Source: a virus
Lineage: Duplodnaviria; Caudoviricetes
Strand: one strand, 5' to 3'
DNA: 64,000 bases
Virus record (IMG/VR): IMGVR_UViG_3300021431_000089
Coordinates: 32,001-96,000 of that record
A program made the position numbers and the translations under genes. The notes beneath the pieces are model-generated. The model was not told where the DNA came from, searched no databases, and saw only the letters and a list, made by a program, of their open reading frames with translations. Positions within the stretch are counted from its first letter, which is position 1, and every line of letters starts with the position of its first letter. Shown here in pieces: positions 63,920 to 64,000 of this stretch.

Positions 63920-64000
63920 AATTCACCTCCAACATTGCCGCTGAATAATTCTGTAAGATCACAGGTCGACTTAAAGCATGGCTCAAGGTTATCGTCGTAA
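63916..64000 (-). CDS. 3' end of a gene (partial)
   Basis: Reads YDDNLEPCFKSTCDLTELFSGNVGGEL then TGA overlapping the next ATG. Confidence 0.5.
   Translation of the reverse strand, partial: YDDNLEPCFKSTCDLTELFSGNVGGEL

Noticed and set aside
1-64000. Stop-codon reassignment
   Set aside because: Long genes are intact in the standard code, TAG and TGA end genes at tight junctions, and the tRNA is not a suppressor

Overview
64 kb of a large, probably temperate, long-tailed Firmicutes phage with SPbeta-like architecture and the standard genetic code; head and packaging genes lie outside the window. The + strand (1-29.2 kb) carries the end of a Cys-rich gene cluster, RusA, paralogous pre-tape-measure genes, a ~2750-aa tape measure protein, Dit/Tal-type baseplate genes, about ten fibre/adhesin genes, a CHAP endolysin-holin cassette and tRNA-Gln(UUG). 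The - strand (29.4-64 kb) carries a Tn916-type integrase and excisionase with an intact attP-like site, nucleotide and auxiliary genes (dUTPase, PhoH, ClpP, dNMP kinase, ThyX-like, IscS, metallophosphoesterase), a replisome (PolIII alpha, primase, DnaB, PD-(D/E)XK nuclease, SSB, ERF), an MrpR-like repressor, a MazF homologue, a second tyrosine recombinase and arrays of small paralogous genes. The strongest lead is that the centre of the attP-like site is a near-consensus CIRCE (HrcA heat-shock operator), suggesting integration into, or control by, the host heat-shock operator. Other leads are two non-canonical tRNA-like RNAs, a MazF gene that seems to need a +1 frameshift, recurring terminal peptides along the fibre genes, a shared C-terminal LxELF peptide on small proteins, and a repeated gene-junction sequence. 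All family assignments are by motif recognition; no searches were run.
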